Positions 9,484-19,310 are shown, numbered from the stretch's first letter. The stretch is 64,000 bases of DNA from Actinomycetes bacterium (GCA_037130455.1 JBAXSZ010000005.1:374-64373), one strand, 5' to 3'. The notes: generated from the sequence alone by a model not told the origin. A program made the numbers and translations.

Positions 9484-10203
9484 TTAGTACCACTGTGGGT
9501 TAATGATTTCTGCTTCTAGAAGAGATCGCCGGTACTTTTCTCGAAGTTCTGGCTCCTGCGTCAGATAATGCGTTCCCCAATTCCTCTCTCGATTGATCGC
9601 GCTCATTCGTTCCGCGTTTCTACGAAATTTGGCAACAAGATCGTCCACGTCAAAGGCCCGATAATGATAGAGCGGGCGTTCAACAAAGTTTTCCGCCATC
9701 GATGATTGGCGGTATTCGGGTTGTGCAGTGTGGGAACCTTCCGACAGTCTCATATCAATAATCGAATCTGGTCGGAAGCAGAGCCATTTGTCGTACCACG
9801 TGTTTCGAAGACCCCGATCGATCTGGTCAAGGGACTGAGTCCCATCTCCAAACATGTTGTAACCAATGCCTTTGACGAGAACGGGCTTCTGATTTCCGAG
9901 GAGAACTTCGTCTACCTCAAGAAATTCATCGGCATCACAAACAATGACATATTCAGCGGTACTGGTTTTCCAGGCAGAATTTCTTAGATCTCGGAGTGAC
10001 CCTTCATCGTATTGGCCAGAGGTCGAGAAGGTCGTAACGGTACAACCCAAATCTAAGGCAGCCGCCACCGTATTGTCACTCGACTCATTATCAAATATGT
10101 GAAACGACGCTCCAGGTAGTCGATGCGCGTACCATTTATGCAGGTAGGGAATAATCCGCTCCTCGTTGAAACAAGGGACATAGATATCGACAGATACAGG
10201 CAC
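9484..10203 (-). CDS. Small GT-A fold glycosyltransferase (family 2-like)
   Basis: 239 aa. The N-terminal VDIYVPCFNEERII...IFDNESSDNT and the DxD motif (VCDADEF) are typical of GT2-type enzymes. No TM segment is seen. The stop lies 3 nt from the tRNA-Leu 3' end. Confidence 0.6.
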   Translation of the reverse strand: MPVSVDIYVPCFNEERIIPYLHKWYAHRLPGASFHIFDNESSDNTVAAALDLGCTVTTFSTSGQYDEGSLRDLRNSAWKTSTAEYVIVCDADEFLEVDEVLLGNQKPVLVKGIGYNMFGDGTQSLDQIDRGLRNTWYDKWLCFRPDSIIDMRLSEGSHTAQPEYRQSSMAENFVERPLYHYRAFDVDDLVAKFRRNAERMSAINRERNWGTHYLTQEPELREKYRRSLLEAEIINPQWY

Positions 10204-10271
10204 AATTCATAGCCTACGGGATTGAAATCACTGTTTCTTCTACTTATTGCATACAGGGTAGAGTGAAATAC

Positions 10272-11369
10272 ATGGGTTTAAAAATACATCGAATCGCAGT
10301 TGGAATGATCTCGTTCGCCCTCATTTCTCATGGAGCTGCGACTTGGGCTGCAACAGACAGACCCAACACCGCAGCTACCTCTATGAAATTAGTGAAAACC
10401 ATTTACGGCTCCATCACCCCGAAATCGGTTGCTTCTTCCGGCGATGGTGTTGTCAGTGCACAAAATATGATGTACCGACATTCCGTGACACTCTACGATG
10501 CAACAAGTTTAGCCTTGAAAGCCACTATTTCCGATACCGTCACCTTAAGTGAGCTGGGATTCCCAGATATTATCGGAACATCGAAAGGCGCCCCGGTTGA
10601 GGGCGATTTCTCCAAGGATGGAAAGTTCTTGTATATCACCAACTATTCCATGTACGGAGTTTCCTTTACCGCCGAAGGTCACGATGACTGCAAAGCCAAC
10701 AACAAGTACGATCGCAGTTTCGTTTATAAAATAGATAGATCCAACAACGAGGTAGTTGGCGCTTTCAAGGTCGGCGTCGTACCAAAAGTTGTCAAGGTAT
10801 CCCCCGATAACAAGTACCTACTGGTAACTAATTGGTGCAGCTACGACCTTACGGTAATACCTCTAGCCAATCCTACGAAAACTCGGACCATTAAAATCGG
10901 TGCCTACCCTCGAGGAATAGTCATCACGAAGGATTCGAAGATCGCTTACATTGCCCAAATGGGTGGGAGCGTAATTCACAAAATATCGTTGGTGAATTTC
11001 TTACATTCCACAATATCCATTGGATTGAACCCAAGAGCGATTGTTCTTTCACCTGATGAAGAAACGATCTATGCAACTCTCAATCTATCTGGTCGCGTAG
11101 TTGCCCTAAATCTCAAGAGCAAAAAAGTGGTTCACAGTATTATTACAGGCAAGGCCACGAGAAGTTTAGATATATCAACTGATGGAAGCGCCCTCTTCGT
11201 TGTAAATTTTGACAGCGATACCATTTCAAAAATTAGGACGAAAGATTTTGCCGTGGTGCAAAGCATGAAGGTCTGTGACCAACCTATTGGAGTCACCTTT
11301 GAACCGACCCAAGAGCGAACCTGGGTAGCCTGCTATTTGGGCTCGATTAAGGTCTTCGACAATAAATGA
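10272..11369 (+). CDS. Secreted YVTN/YncE-like beta-propeller repeat protein
   Basis: The N-terminal signal peptide is MGLKIHRIAVGMISFALISHGAATWA-AT. It is followed by about 7 repeats of the S(P)DGK/NKY-hydrophobic-V-N type (FSKDGKFLYITNY, VSPDNKYLLVTNW, LSPDEETIYATLN, ISTDGSALFVVNF). The GTG at 10263 is an alternative start. Confidence 0.6.
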   Translation: MGLKIHRIAVGMISFALISHGAATWAATDRPNTAATSMKLVKTIYGSITPKSVASSGDGVVSAQNMMYRHSVTLYDATSLALKATISDTVTLSELGFPDIIGTSKGAPVEGDFSKDGKFLYITNYSMYGVSFTAEGHDDCKANNKYDRSFVYKIDRSNNEVVGAFKVGVVPKVVKVSPDNKYLLVTNWCSYDLTVIPLANPTKTRTIKIGAYPRGIVITKDSKIAYIAQMGGSVIHKISLVNFLHSTISIGLNPRAIVLSPDEETIYATLNLSGRVVALNLKSKKVVHSIITGKATRSLDISTDGSALFVVNFDSDTISKIRTKDFAVVQSMKVCDQPIGVTFEPTQERTWVACYLGSIKVFDNK

Positions 11370-11405
11370 AGTGGTCCCGGCGACAACTGTGGCAGGATTG
11401 TAATC

Positions 11406-12047
11406 ATGGCTGAACTGATCTACTACTGCGGAACTATGGATAGTGGTAAATCCACATTGGCCTTGCAAACCGCCCACAACCACCAAAGTCGTGGTCGAAA
11501 AGGGCTAATTTTCACCAATCGAGATCGCGCTGGGCGAGGTTTAATCTCCTCACGCCTGGGGTTACAGAGCCAGGCGATCGAAGTTGATTCCGAGTTAGAT
11601 ATCCATAAGTTCGTCGTTGAAAAACTTTCCAATGGCGAACGAATTGACTTTGTCATCTGCGATGAGGCCCAGTTCTATACCGCATTGCATATTGAAGAGT
11701 TAGCAAAGATCGTCGATGGCCTGAGCATCGACGTATTTGCCTTCGGAATTTTGACAGATTTCCGAACCGCTCTCTTCCCTGGATCTGCCAGGTTAGTCGA
11801 GCTAGCCGATCGGGTTCAGACCCTACAAGTGGAAGCTCTTTGTTGGTGTGGGGCGCGGGCAACCCATAATGCCCGAACCGCAGGCGGTGTCATGGTGACT
11901 GAAGGGGAACAGGTCGTAGTTGGAGATGTTTCTTCGGCTGCAGAAATTGGTTACGAAGTTCTGTGTCGCCGACATCATATGAGGCGTGTAACATCACGTG
12001 CATCACGCAGCGCTGGTTTAGAACCGCTTCCTTTTACTCAAGAGTAA
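11406..12047 (+). CDS. tdk: Thymidine kinase
   Basis: 213 aa with P-loop GTMDSGKST, Walker B-like VICDEAQF and zinc-ribbon cysteines (CWCG...CRRHH). Confidence 0.9.
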   Translation: MAELIYYCGTMDSGKSTLALQTAHNHQSRGRKGLIFTNRDRAGRGLISSRLGLQSQAIEVDSELDIHKFVVEKLSNGERIDFVICDEAQFYTALHIEELAKIVDGLSIDVFAFGILTDFRTALFPGSARLVELADRVQTLQVEALCWCGARATHNARTAGGVMVTEGEQVVVGDVSSAAEIGYEVLCRRHHMRRVTSRASRSAGLEPLPFTQE

Positions 12048-12096
12048 GCGATTCATTAATTTTGCCGCATTAGTTTTCATAGAAAAGATTGAGGTT

Positions 12097-13140
12097 ATGA
12101 TGAAGTCCAAGGGATACGCTGTACCTGTCGCCAAAGGCGCTTTAGCGCCCTTTGAATTTGAGCGCCGAGATCTTCGGGCTAATGATGTTGCCTTGGATAT
12201 TTCATATGCAGGTATCTGTCACTCTGATATTCACCAAGCACGAGAGGAATGGGGCCGGGCCAATTTCCCGATGGTTCCAGGGCATGAAATCGTAGGCACC
12301 GTTACAGCAGTCGGCTCTTCTGTAAATAAATTCTCTGTGGGAGATTTGATTGGCGTCGGAGTGTTCATAGATTCATGTCGAGAATGCGAACAATGCTTGG
12401 CAGGTTTGCAAAATTATTGTGCAAATGGCATGACCGGTACCTATAACGGATTTGAACGAGATGGGGTTTCGCCTACCTATGGTGGATATTCCAACAACTT
12501 CGTCATCGATGCGGATTACGCCGTAAAGGTTCCATCCAATTTGGATCAAACTGGCGTTGCGCCTTTGATGTGTGCTGGAATCACGCTCTATTCACCACTG
12601 AAGCATTGGAACGCGGGTCCTGGCAAGAAAGTCGGAATCATCGGCCTTGGCGGATTGGGCCATATGGGACTCAAGTTCGCCCATGCTCTTGGTGCCACAA
12701 CCACCATCTTTTCTCACTCTCCAGAGAAAGAGGCGGATGCGCGCCAGATGGGTGCAGATCATTTTGTATCGACCAAGAATCCCGAGTTTTACAATCACCT
12801 TGCTTCTGATTTTGATCTAATTCTGAATACCGTTTCTGCCGAGATCAACTTGGAGGACTATCTTCGACTTCTCAAAGTAGATGGAACTTTGGTGATGATT
12901 GGTTTGTCGGGGAAGCCTTATGCCATTGGCGCTGGAACTCTGATTGGCAAGCGAAGATCTTTGGCTGGTTCTATGATCGGCGGAATACCTGAACTCCAAG
13001 AGATGCTGGATTTTTGTGGAAAGCATCAAATAACCAGCGATGTTGAAGTTATTTCAGCTGATTACATCAATCAAGCCTACGAGCGCACCGTTGCCAGCGA
13101 TGTGAAATATCGTTTTGTGATTGACGCAAGCACTTTCTAA
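12097..13140 (+). CDS. Zn-dependent NAD(P)-alcohol dehydrogenase (cinnamyl-alcohol DH / YahK-like)
   Basis: 347 aa with catalytic zinc motif GHEIVGTV, structural zinc CRECEQCLAGLQNYC and Rossmann motif GLGGLGHMG. Confidence 0.85.
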   Translation: MMKSKGYAVPVAKGALAPFEFERRDLRANDVALDISYAGICHSDIHQAREEWGRANFPMVPGHEIVGTVTAVGSSVNKFSVGDLIGVGVFIDSCRECEQCLAGLQNYCANGMTGTYNGFERDGVSPTYGGYSNNFVIDADYAVKVPSNLDQTGVAPLMCAGITLYSPLKHWNAGPGKKVGIIGLGGLGHMGLKFAHALGATTTIFSHSPEKEADARQMGADHFVSTKNPEFYNHLASDFDLILNTVSAEINLEDYLRLLKVDGTLVMIGLSGKPYAIGAGTLIGKRRSLAGSMIGGIPELQEMLDFCGKHQITSDVEVISADYINQAYERTVASDVKYRFVIDASTF

Positions 13141-13151
13141 ACGAGCCTTCG

Positions 13152-13886
13152 TTAAATGAATTGATGAACGAGCAGTGCGATTACCGGTACAAATGCAAGT
13201 GCCGGTAGGAGATTTCCCACTGCTATGTTCTTAATTTTTAATAGTCGGAATGCTATTCCCAGTAACAGAACTCCTCCCGTTGCAGTGAGCGCCCTTACTT
13301 GATACACACTGAGAATATTTCCTAGAGATAGGCCAACTCCGGTCCAAGCTAACTGGTAAATCCCAACGGGAATCGCCGAGGCGGCAACACCCCATCCGAA
13401 AGTGGAAGCAAATGCGATCGATGTGAAAAAGTCCAAGACGCTTTTGAGAACTAATTGTTGAATTCCGGTACCCATGCCGTCGCTTATGCTTCCCAGAATT
13501 GCCAACGGGCCAATAGCGAAAATCAAAGAGGCGGCCATGAAACCCTCTAAAAATCTTCCTTTTCCAGACTTATTGAACGTCCGTTTTAAAAAGACTCCAG
13601 CGGATTCGAGCCTGGCTTCAAGATCCAACCACGATCCAGATATGGCACCGAGCAATAATGCGATAAGAATGGTGAGGACGGTCCACCCTTGTGGAACCGC
13701 CAAAACAAAATCAGTATTCCAGAGTGACGCAAGCGCATCCGCCGCTGCGATGATCACAACGAAACCAAGAACATCCGTGATCAAATCCCTGGTTCGCTCT
13801 TTGAAGCGGTTTCCCATAAGAACTCCGCATGAAGTTCCCAAGCCGATCGCAGCGATATTGATGAGAGAGCCCGTACCCGCAACCAT
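13152..13886 (-). CDS. DUF554-family integral membrane protein
   Basis: 244 aa, polytopic and hydrophobic. The N-terminal NxxAIxxGxxxGxxxG pattern (INIAAIGLGTSCGVLMG) is typical of DUF554. Confidence 0.55.
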   Translation of the reverse strand: MVAGTGSLINIAAIGLGTSCGVLMGNRFKERTRDLITDVLGFVVIIAAADALASLWNTDFVLAVPQGWTVLTILIALLLGAISGSWLDLEARLESAGVFLKRTFNKSGKGRFLEGFMAASLIFAIGPLAILGSISDGMGTGIQQLVLKSVLDFFTSIAFASTFGWGVAASAIPVGIYQLAWTGVGLSLGNILSVYQVRALTATGGVLLLGIAFRLLKIKNIAVGNLLPALAFVPVIALLVHQFI

Positions 13887-13952
13887 TAGTTATTCCATCC
13901 TGTTCGGCTTTACTGGCCGAGCTTCTCTTCCCGCAAGGGTTAGACTCTAACA

Positions 13953-14639
13953 GTGACGAAAAGCCTCTCTCGCGAATTTCTCATTCATATTCTCCGACCA
14001 GCAAAATCCATACCGCGTACCCCGTGGACTGCCGACAGTAAGTGGTCGCTCAACCCCCTTAGACTGGGAGTCCTATTTGTTGGCTTAACTGTTTTCGGCC
14101 TAGGCGATTCGTTGTTGATTCAATCTCACATTGGAAACGCACCCTGGTCAGTATTGGCCCAGGGAATTTCGAAACATACTCCCCTGTCTATCGGCTTATC
14201 AACATTTGTGATCAGTGGAGTCGTTCTACTACTGTGGATTCCGTTGAAGGAGAGACCAGGTTTTGGAACAATCGCGAATCTAGTGATTATCGCCGCCGCC
14301 ATTCAGTTAGGTCTTTTCATCTTTCCGCCGCTGTCGCATTCACTCCTTGCTCAATTGCTCTATGTCCTAGTCGGCATCGTTCTAGTTGGTTTGGGAAGTT
14401 CTCTTTACATCACTTGTGGCTTAGGACCTGGTCCTCGAGATGGATTGATGACCGCCCTTCATAAACGAACCGGTATTCGAATAGGCAGAGTTCGTCTAGG
14501 AATTGAACTGTGCGCCCTTGGAGTCGGTGCACTCTTGGGTGGGCGTATCGGAGTCGGTACCGCGCTTTTTGCACTTCTTATAGGTAATTCTGTGGCGATA
14601 TCGCTCAACCTGGTTCATCGGTTGGCCCCTCAACTTTAA
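13953..14639 (+). CDS. YczE/YitT-like integral membrane protein
   Basis: 228 aa with about 5-6 TM segments. Motifs GLGDSLLIQSHIGNAPWSVL and GLGPGPRDGLM resemble the YczE/YitT family. GTG start. Confidence 0.45.
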   Translation: MTKSLSREFLIHILRPAKSIPRTPWTADSKWSLNPLRLGVLFVGLTVFGLGDSLLIQSHIGNAPWSVLAQGISKHTPLSIGLSTFVISGVVLLLWIPLKERPGFGTIANLVIIAAAIQLGLFIFPPLSHSLLAQLLYVLVGIVLVGLGSSLYITCGLGPGPRDGLMTALHKRTGIRIGRVRLGIELCALGVGALLGGRIGVGTALFALLIGNSVAISLNLVHRLAPQL

Positions 14640-14642
14640 GTT

Positions 14643-15290
14643 CTATCCCCACTCGATTTCGGTAAACCCACTTTTAAGTAATTTATTATTGATGGCCGAA
14701 AAGGGCTTACTTCCGAAAAATCCTCGATAGGCCGAAAGTGGACTTGGATGAGGGCTAAGTACCAATCGGTCATCGGAAAACATCAGCGAAAACTCCTGGG
14801 CATAGTTTCCCCATAGGACTCCTATTGCGCCATTTTTGGCTATTTCCCGAACTATAGAACTGGTAATTTCCTGCCAACCTAAATTCTTGTGAGCGTGAGA
14901 TATTCCATTCTCAGTAGTGAGAACGTGGTTCAACAGGATAACTCTTTGGTTTGCCCAATCCGACAGATCCCCATTTGTGCGCAGTGGTGACCCCAGATCA
15001 GAAGAGAGTTCTTGAAAAATATTTCGCAATGATGCTGGGAGTTTTGACGTTTCACTATTGACTGAAAAAGCCAATCCGTTTGGAACTCCTTTGGTTGGGT
15101 ATGGATCTTGCCCAAGAATGAGAACATGTGCCGAGGATATTTCTGAAGGGAGCGCTCTAAAAATATTCGAAATTGCAGGTTGAAAATTGCCGAAAACCAT
15201 TAACTGCTTTTCAATGTAATTAATGTGTTCACGTTGTTGAACCAGTAACTCTTGCCAAAGTTCGGGAAGAGTTGCAAAAAGTGTATTCAT
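14643..15290 (-). CDS. ung: Uracil-DNA glycosylase, family 1
   Basis: 215 aa with the water-activating loop GQDPYPT and the Leu-intercalation loop HPSPLSA. Confidence 0.9.
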   Translation of the reverse strand: MNTLFATLPELWQELLVQQREHINYIEKQLMVFGNFQPAISNIFRALPSEISSAHVLILGQDPYPTKGVPNGLAFSVNSETSKLPASLRNIFQELSSDLGSPLRTNGDLSDWANQRVILLNHVLTTENGISHAHKNLGWQEITSSIVREIAKNGAIGVLWGNYAQEFSLMFSDDRLVLSPHPSPLSAYRGFFGSKPFSAINNKLLKSGFTEIEWG

Positions 15291-15291
15291 T

Positions 15292-16074
15292 TTATTGAGC
15301 TCTTGCGAAGAACCGGCCAGCTTCTTGATGTACTTGAATGGGCAAGCCGTACGCCACTGAAAGATTTTGGTCGGTCACCACTTCCTGGATGGGACCTGAG
15401 GCAACTACCTTCCCTTCGTTCAGTAACAATGCATGTGTAGTGCCTAGGGGGATTTCTTCGATGTGATGGGTGATGATAATTGTGGCTGGCGCCTTTGGAT
15501 CTGAAGCTAATAGGTCCAAGCGCTTAAGTAGATCTTCTCGTCCACCTAAATCCAAGCCAGCTGCCGGCTCATCTAAAAGCATAATTTCCGGATCAGTCAT
15601 CATCGCTCGTGCAATCAGAACGCGCTTCTTCTCACCTTCGCTCAGAGTGCCAAAGAGTCTGGACCCCAAAACCCGCACCCCTAAGGTTGTCAGTAGCGCT
15701 AGTGCTCGGGATTCGTCCCACAGGTCGTATTCCTCATTCCACCGTCCCAATTGCGCATATGCGGCAGTAAGGACCACGTCGGTCACAAGTTCATCCAACG
15801 GAATTAACTCATCTAAATTGTTGGTGACCAGTCCAATTCGGGGACGAAGCTCGAAGACATCACACTTGCCCAAGGTCTGATCCAAAATCTTCACTCGACC
15901 AAAGGTGGGGTGCATAAAAGTGGATATGAGGTGAAATAGCGTGGTTTTGCCGGCGCCATTTGGTCCCAGAACCACCCATCGCTCCCCTTCAACCACCGAC
16001 CAAGACAATGGGCCAAGGATTGCCTTACCTTCGCGTAATACTTGTACATCATCGAGGGATATCACATGGTTCAT
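15292..16074 (-). CDS. ABC transporter ATP-binding protein (stand-alone, no adjacent permease)
   Basis: 260 aa with Walker A GPNGAGKTT, signature LSEGEKKRV and Walker B IMLLDEP. It is adjacent to serB, as I recall for the mycobacterial Rv3041c/Rv3042c pair. Confidence 0.85.
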   Translation of the reverse strand: MNHVISLDDVQVLREGKAILGPLSWSVVEGERWVVLGPNGAGKTTLFHLISTFMHPTFGRVKILDQTLGKCDVFELRPRIGLVTNNLDELIPLDELVTDVVLTAAYAQLGRWNEEYDLWDESRALALLTTLGVRVLGSRLFGTLSEGEKKRVLIARAMMTDPEIMLLDEPAAGLDLGGREDLLKRLDLLASDPKAPATIIITHHIEEIPLGTTHALLLNEGKVVASGPIQEVVTDQNLSVAYGLPIQVHQEAGRFFARAQ

Positions 16075-16091
16075 AGGAGTGAAAGATACCC

Positions 16092-17345
16092 TTGCTTGAG
16101 GTAGAACGCGCTAACCTTCCGCGTGTGAGTATCCAAGAGTTAGATAAGTCTCAATTTACCGCGCTAATCCTGCTCACTGGAGTCGATGCCCCTGGCGTTA
16201 CCCAAGCACTCTTCGATGAATTGTCTCCGTTCTCCATCACCGTGTTGGATATCGAGCAAGTAGTGAATCGGAATCGGTTAATTCTTACTGCACTGATTGC
16301 GCTGGATCCGGCACATGCCGACGCGATCGAAAGCGATCTTTTGTTGCTGGGCAAACGACTTGACTTGGATATAGCTATTGATTTCTCCGACGTAATTCTT
16401 GAAAGTGCGTCAAGTGCCCAACATCTCCATGTCGTGATGATGGCTGGAGCACTTAAGCCCAGCGCTGTATCTGCCGTATCTGGGGCCATTGCTGCCGCTG
16501 GCGGGAATATTGAGCGGATTCGACGAACTGCCGCTTTTCCATTGTATGCAATTGAATTTGATGTGACGATCTCTGTGCAAGCAAGTGATGCGGATTCGGT
16601 AGTTAATCTGCGCAAGAGTTTAGCTCTGGTTTCTCGAGAGAATGACGTCGATCTAGCGGTCGAATTAGGCGGGCTGACCAGACGTGCCAAACGGATAGTT
16701 CTTTTGGATATGGATTCAACCCTCATTCAACAGGAAGTTATCGACTTACTGGCAGAGAAGGCGGGAGTAGGCGACCAAGTCAAAGCAATCACCGAATCAG
16801 CGATGAAAGGTGAATTGGATTTTAAACAATCGTTGACGGCTAGGGTGGCGCTACTTTCCGGATTAAAATCCACGGTGCTCCAGGAAGTTGCCCGAGAGTT
16901 GCTGCTTTCTGCAGGAGCCAGAACGCTAATTCGTACACTCCACAAGTTAGGCCACAAAGTCGGAGTGGTCTCAGGTGGATTCATTAACGTCATCGAACCT
17001 CTATTGAAAGAGCTAAAGATCGACTTCTACTCCGCGAACGAGTTAGAAATTGTCGATGGAACCCTTACTGGAAAAGTAGTCGGTGGAATTATTGATCGAG
17101 CCGCTAAAGCAGAAGCGCTGCGAAACTTTGCAGCAGCAGAAGGAGTCTCACTTTCGCAAACCATCGCCATCGGCGACGGCGCAAACGACCTGGATATGAT
17201 CGAACTAGCTGGCCTTGGTATTGCCTTCAACGCAAAGCCTGCGGTAAGAATGGCCGCCGACAGCTCCTTAACCTCGCCCTACTTGGACTCAGTCCTTTAT
17301 TTAATGGGGATTACCCGAGAAGAAGTGGAATCTGCGGCTGATTAA
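16092..17345 (+). CDS. serB: Phosphoserine phosphatase with N-terminal tandem ACT-like domains
   Basis: 417 aa with HAD motif I DMDSTLIQQE and motif III GDGANDLDM. The N-terminal extension of about 190 aa matches actinobacterial SerB2. TTG start. Confidence 0.85.
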   Translation: MLEVERANLPRVSIQELDKSQFTALILLTGVDAPGVTQALFDELSPFSITVLDIEQVVNRNRLILTALIALDPAHADAIESDLLLLGKRLDLDIAIDFSDVILESASSAQHLHVVMMAGALKPSAVSAVSGAIAAAGGNIERIRRTAAFPLYAIEFDVTISVQASDADSVVNLRKSLALVSRENDVDLAVELGGLTRRAKRIVLLDMDSTLIQQEVIDLLAEKAGVGDQVKAITESAMKGELDFKQSLTARVALLSGLKSTVLQEVARELLLSAGARTLIRTLHKLGHKVGVVSGGFINVIEPLLKELKIDFYSANELEIVDGTLTGKVVGGIIDRAAKAEALRNFAAAEGVSLSQTIAIGDGANDLDMIELAGLGIAFNAKPAVRMAADSSLTSPYLDSVLYLMGITREEVESAAD

Positions 17346-18190
17346 AGTCTGCACGCGTGTATATCTGTTACCAGAATTCCACGGGCTCCAATGCTCCACA
17401 ATTCATCCATAATCTGATTAATCTCTTTACGCTTGACCATGGCTCGCACCGCGCTCCAACCCGATTTTTGAAGGGGGGAAATCGTAGGTGATTCAATTCC
17501 GGGGGTTACTGCGCACGCCTGTTCCAAGAGCTCAGTCCGAACGTCGTAATCGACCAGAACATATTGACGTGCAATCACAACGCCATTGAGTCTTCGAATC
17601 ATGGTTTCCAAGGCAGTAGGTCGTTCTGCTCCAGTGCGCTCAATCACCACGGCTTCACTAGATAGCAGTGGTGCCCCAAATACTTTTAATCCCGCTTGAC
17701 GCAAGGTTCCACCGGTAGAAACAACGTCGGCGATAACATCTGCAACTCCAAGGCGAATGGCACTTTCCACCGCGCCATCTAATCGAACGACCGATGCGGC
17801 AATAGAACGTTCATCCAAATATCGCTGGACTAAGCCTGGATACGCTGTGGCAATTCGGACCCCAGATAACTCCGCCTCCGATATCGCCATAGCTTCAGGT
17901 GCGGCGAAACGAAAGGTGCTGCGGCCAAAATCTAAGGAGAGAACTTCCACTGCTGTAGCCGCGCTATCGATTAATAGATCTCGTCCTGTAACGCCAGCAT
18001 CTAGTTCACCGGAGCCGACATAAATTGCGATATCTCGGGGCCGGAGGTAATAGAACTCAACATCATTCTCTGGGTCGAAGAAAACCAGGTCGCGCGGGTC
18101 ATTTCGTTGGCGATATCCAGCTTCTTTGAGCATAAGCGCCGATGAATCTGACAGAGATCCTTTGTTGGGGACTGCAAGTCGTAGCGTCAC
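17342..18190 (-). CDS. hisG: ATP phosphoribosyltransferase, long form
   Basis: 282 aa. N-terminal LRLAVPNKGSL, the C-terminal regulatory domain, and adjacency to hisE support the call. Confidence 0.9.
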   Translation of the reverse strand: MTLRLAVPNKGSLSDSSALMLKEAGYRQRNDPRDLVFFDPENDVEFYYLRPRDIAIYVGSGELDAGVTGRDLLIDSAATAVEVLSLDFGRSTFRFAAPEAMAISEAELSGVRIATAYPGLVQRYLDERSIAASVVRLDGAVESAIRLGVADVIADVVSTGGTLRQAGLKVFGAPLLSSEAVVIERTGAERPTALETMIRRLNGVVIARQYVLVDYDVRTELLEQACAVTPGIESPTISPLQKSGWSAVRAMVKRKEINQIMDELWSIGARGILVTDIHACRL

Positions 18191-18213
18191 AATTCTCCTA
18201 AAAATCCATGGAA

Positions 18214-18477
18214 CTAGAGCGATCGGTAGACATCATCTGGCGATATTCCTTTGGCAAGCATCAGAACTTGAAGGTGATAAATCAATTGGCTAATTTCTAG
18301 CGCCAGATCTGCCTTTTCCTGATACTCGGCGGCCATCCAAACTTCGGCCGCTTCTTCGACAATCTTCTTTCCAATGGCATGGACGCCAGCATCTAGTTCT
18401 TTCACCGTACCTGAACCCTCTGGGCGAGCTATTGAAATTCTTTCCAGCTCAACCCAGAGGGCATCAAATGACTTCAT
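18214..18477 (-). CDS. hisE: Phosphoribosyl-ATP pyrophosphohydrolase
   Basis: 87 aa MazG-like helical protein ([15 protein letters not shown]) immediately upstream of hisG. Confidence 0.85.
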   Translation of the reverse strand: MKSFDALWVELERISIARPEGSGTVKELDAGVHAIGKKIVEEAAEVWMAAEYQEKADLALEISQLIYHLQVLMLAKGISPDDVYRSL

Positions 18478-18496
18478 GGGCAGAGTTTACTCGACC

Positions 18497-19258
18497 TTAC
18501 CCGAGCAATGCCGCGGCTTTACCTGAATCCTCTGATTTTTGAATCTTGAGCCAGTAAATAAAGCCCCAAATCACAAATGGCATATAAATGCCGTAGAGGA
18601 TTCCAGTTGGATAGTTCCCGTGTGCGAAGGCAAAGGGAACGCCGACGATATCGACCGCCACCCAGACCAGCCAGAATTCCACGTAACCCCTGCTCATCGC
18701 GTAGGTTGCCAGTGCGGTCCCTGTAAAAATCCAGGTGTCCACGTATAACCATTGGCCGTAATAGCGCTCCCCTAAAACCTTGAAAAGTTGTAGAAAGAGG
18801 AAATAGCCAAAAATGACAACCGGAACAAGTATCGCTTTCTCTCGGGTTGTAGTCCATCTGGGCGAAACAGCGGGCTTACTGACTCCACTGCTTCGGTTCT
18901 TCGCCCAGAGAATCCAGCCATAGAAACTCACCAGCACCAATAAAAGGTTTCGTCCAGCTTGGCCGTAGAGCGCCGGATGATCTGCTGTTTTTCCAAAAGA
19001 GAAGAGCGCACCCGCGAAAACAGTAAATAGCAATGCATCTCCGAGAATTCCAATCGGCCAAGCGATGACCTTGCGACGCATTCCTAAGACTGCGCTGGCC
19101 AACCCCAATATTCCACCGATTATTTCGCGGATCGCTATCGACTTGCTGCCAAAGTGGATTTGGGCTTCAAAAAGCCATTTAAGAATTGACATGTATTCCA
19201 TCCCCAATCGAAGTAAGTAAATAAATTCGATCCCAAGGGAAATAAACGGGATCGCCAT
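18497..19258 (-). CDS. pnuC: Nicotinamide riboside transporter PnuC family
   Basis: Polytopic membrane protein with PnuC-like W-rich segments (WPIGILGDALLF, YVDTWIF, FWLVWVAVDIVGVP). The start is uncertain. Internal Met codons 19 and 22 codons downstream (MEYMSILKW) would give a more typical length. Confidence 0.7.
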   Translation of the reverse strand: MAIPFISLGIEFIYLLRLGMEYMSILKWLFEAQIHFGSKSIAIREIIGGILGLASAVLGMRRKVIAWPIGILGDALLFTVFAGALFSFGKTADHPALYGQAGRNLLLVLVSFYGWILWAKNRSSGVSKPAVSPRWTTTREKAILVPVVIFGYFLFLQLFKVLGERYYGQWLYVDTWIFTGTALATYAMSRGYVEFWLVWVAVDIVGVPFAFAHGNYPTGILYGIYMPFVIWGFIYWLKIQKSEDSGKAAALLG

Positions 19259-19310
19259 GAGGCATCCCGCTTCGCTCCTTTATCCAGACTGTGACTGTCG
19301 GTTTTGGATT

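Noticed and set aside
9297-11405. Integrative mobile element or prophage remnant at tRNA-Leu
   Set aside because: There is no integrase, recombinase, transposase or phage gene. By-eye inspection of the downstream intergenic regions found no direct repeat of the tRNA 3' end. The composition looks similar to its surroundings. It is kept only as a possible variable locus in findings.
13138-13154. Small hairpin AACGA-gcct-TCGTT between the convergent adh and DUF554 stops as a bidirectional terminator
   Set aside because: The stem is only 5 bp, overlaps both stop codons and has no flanking U/A tracts. It is too weak to support.
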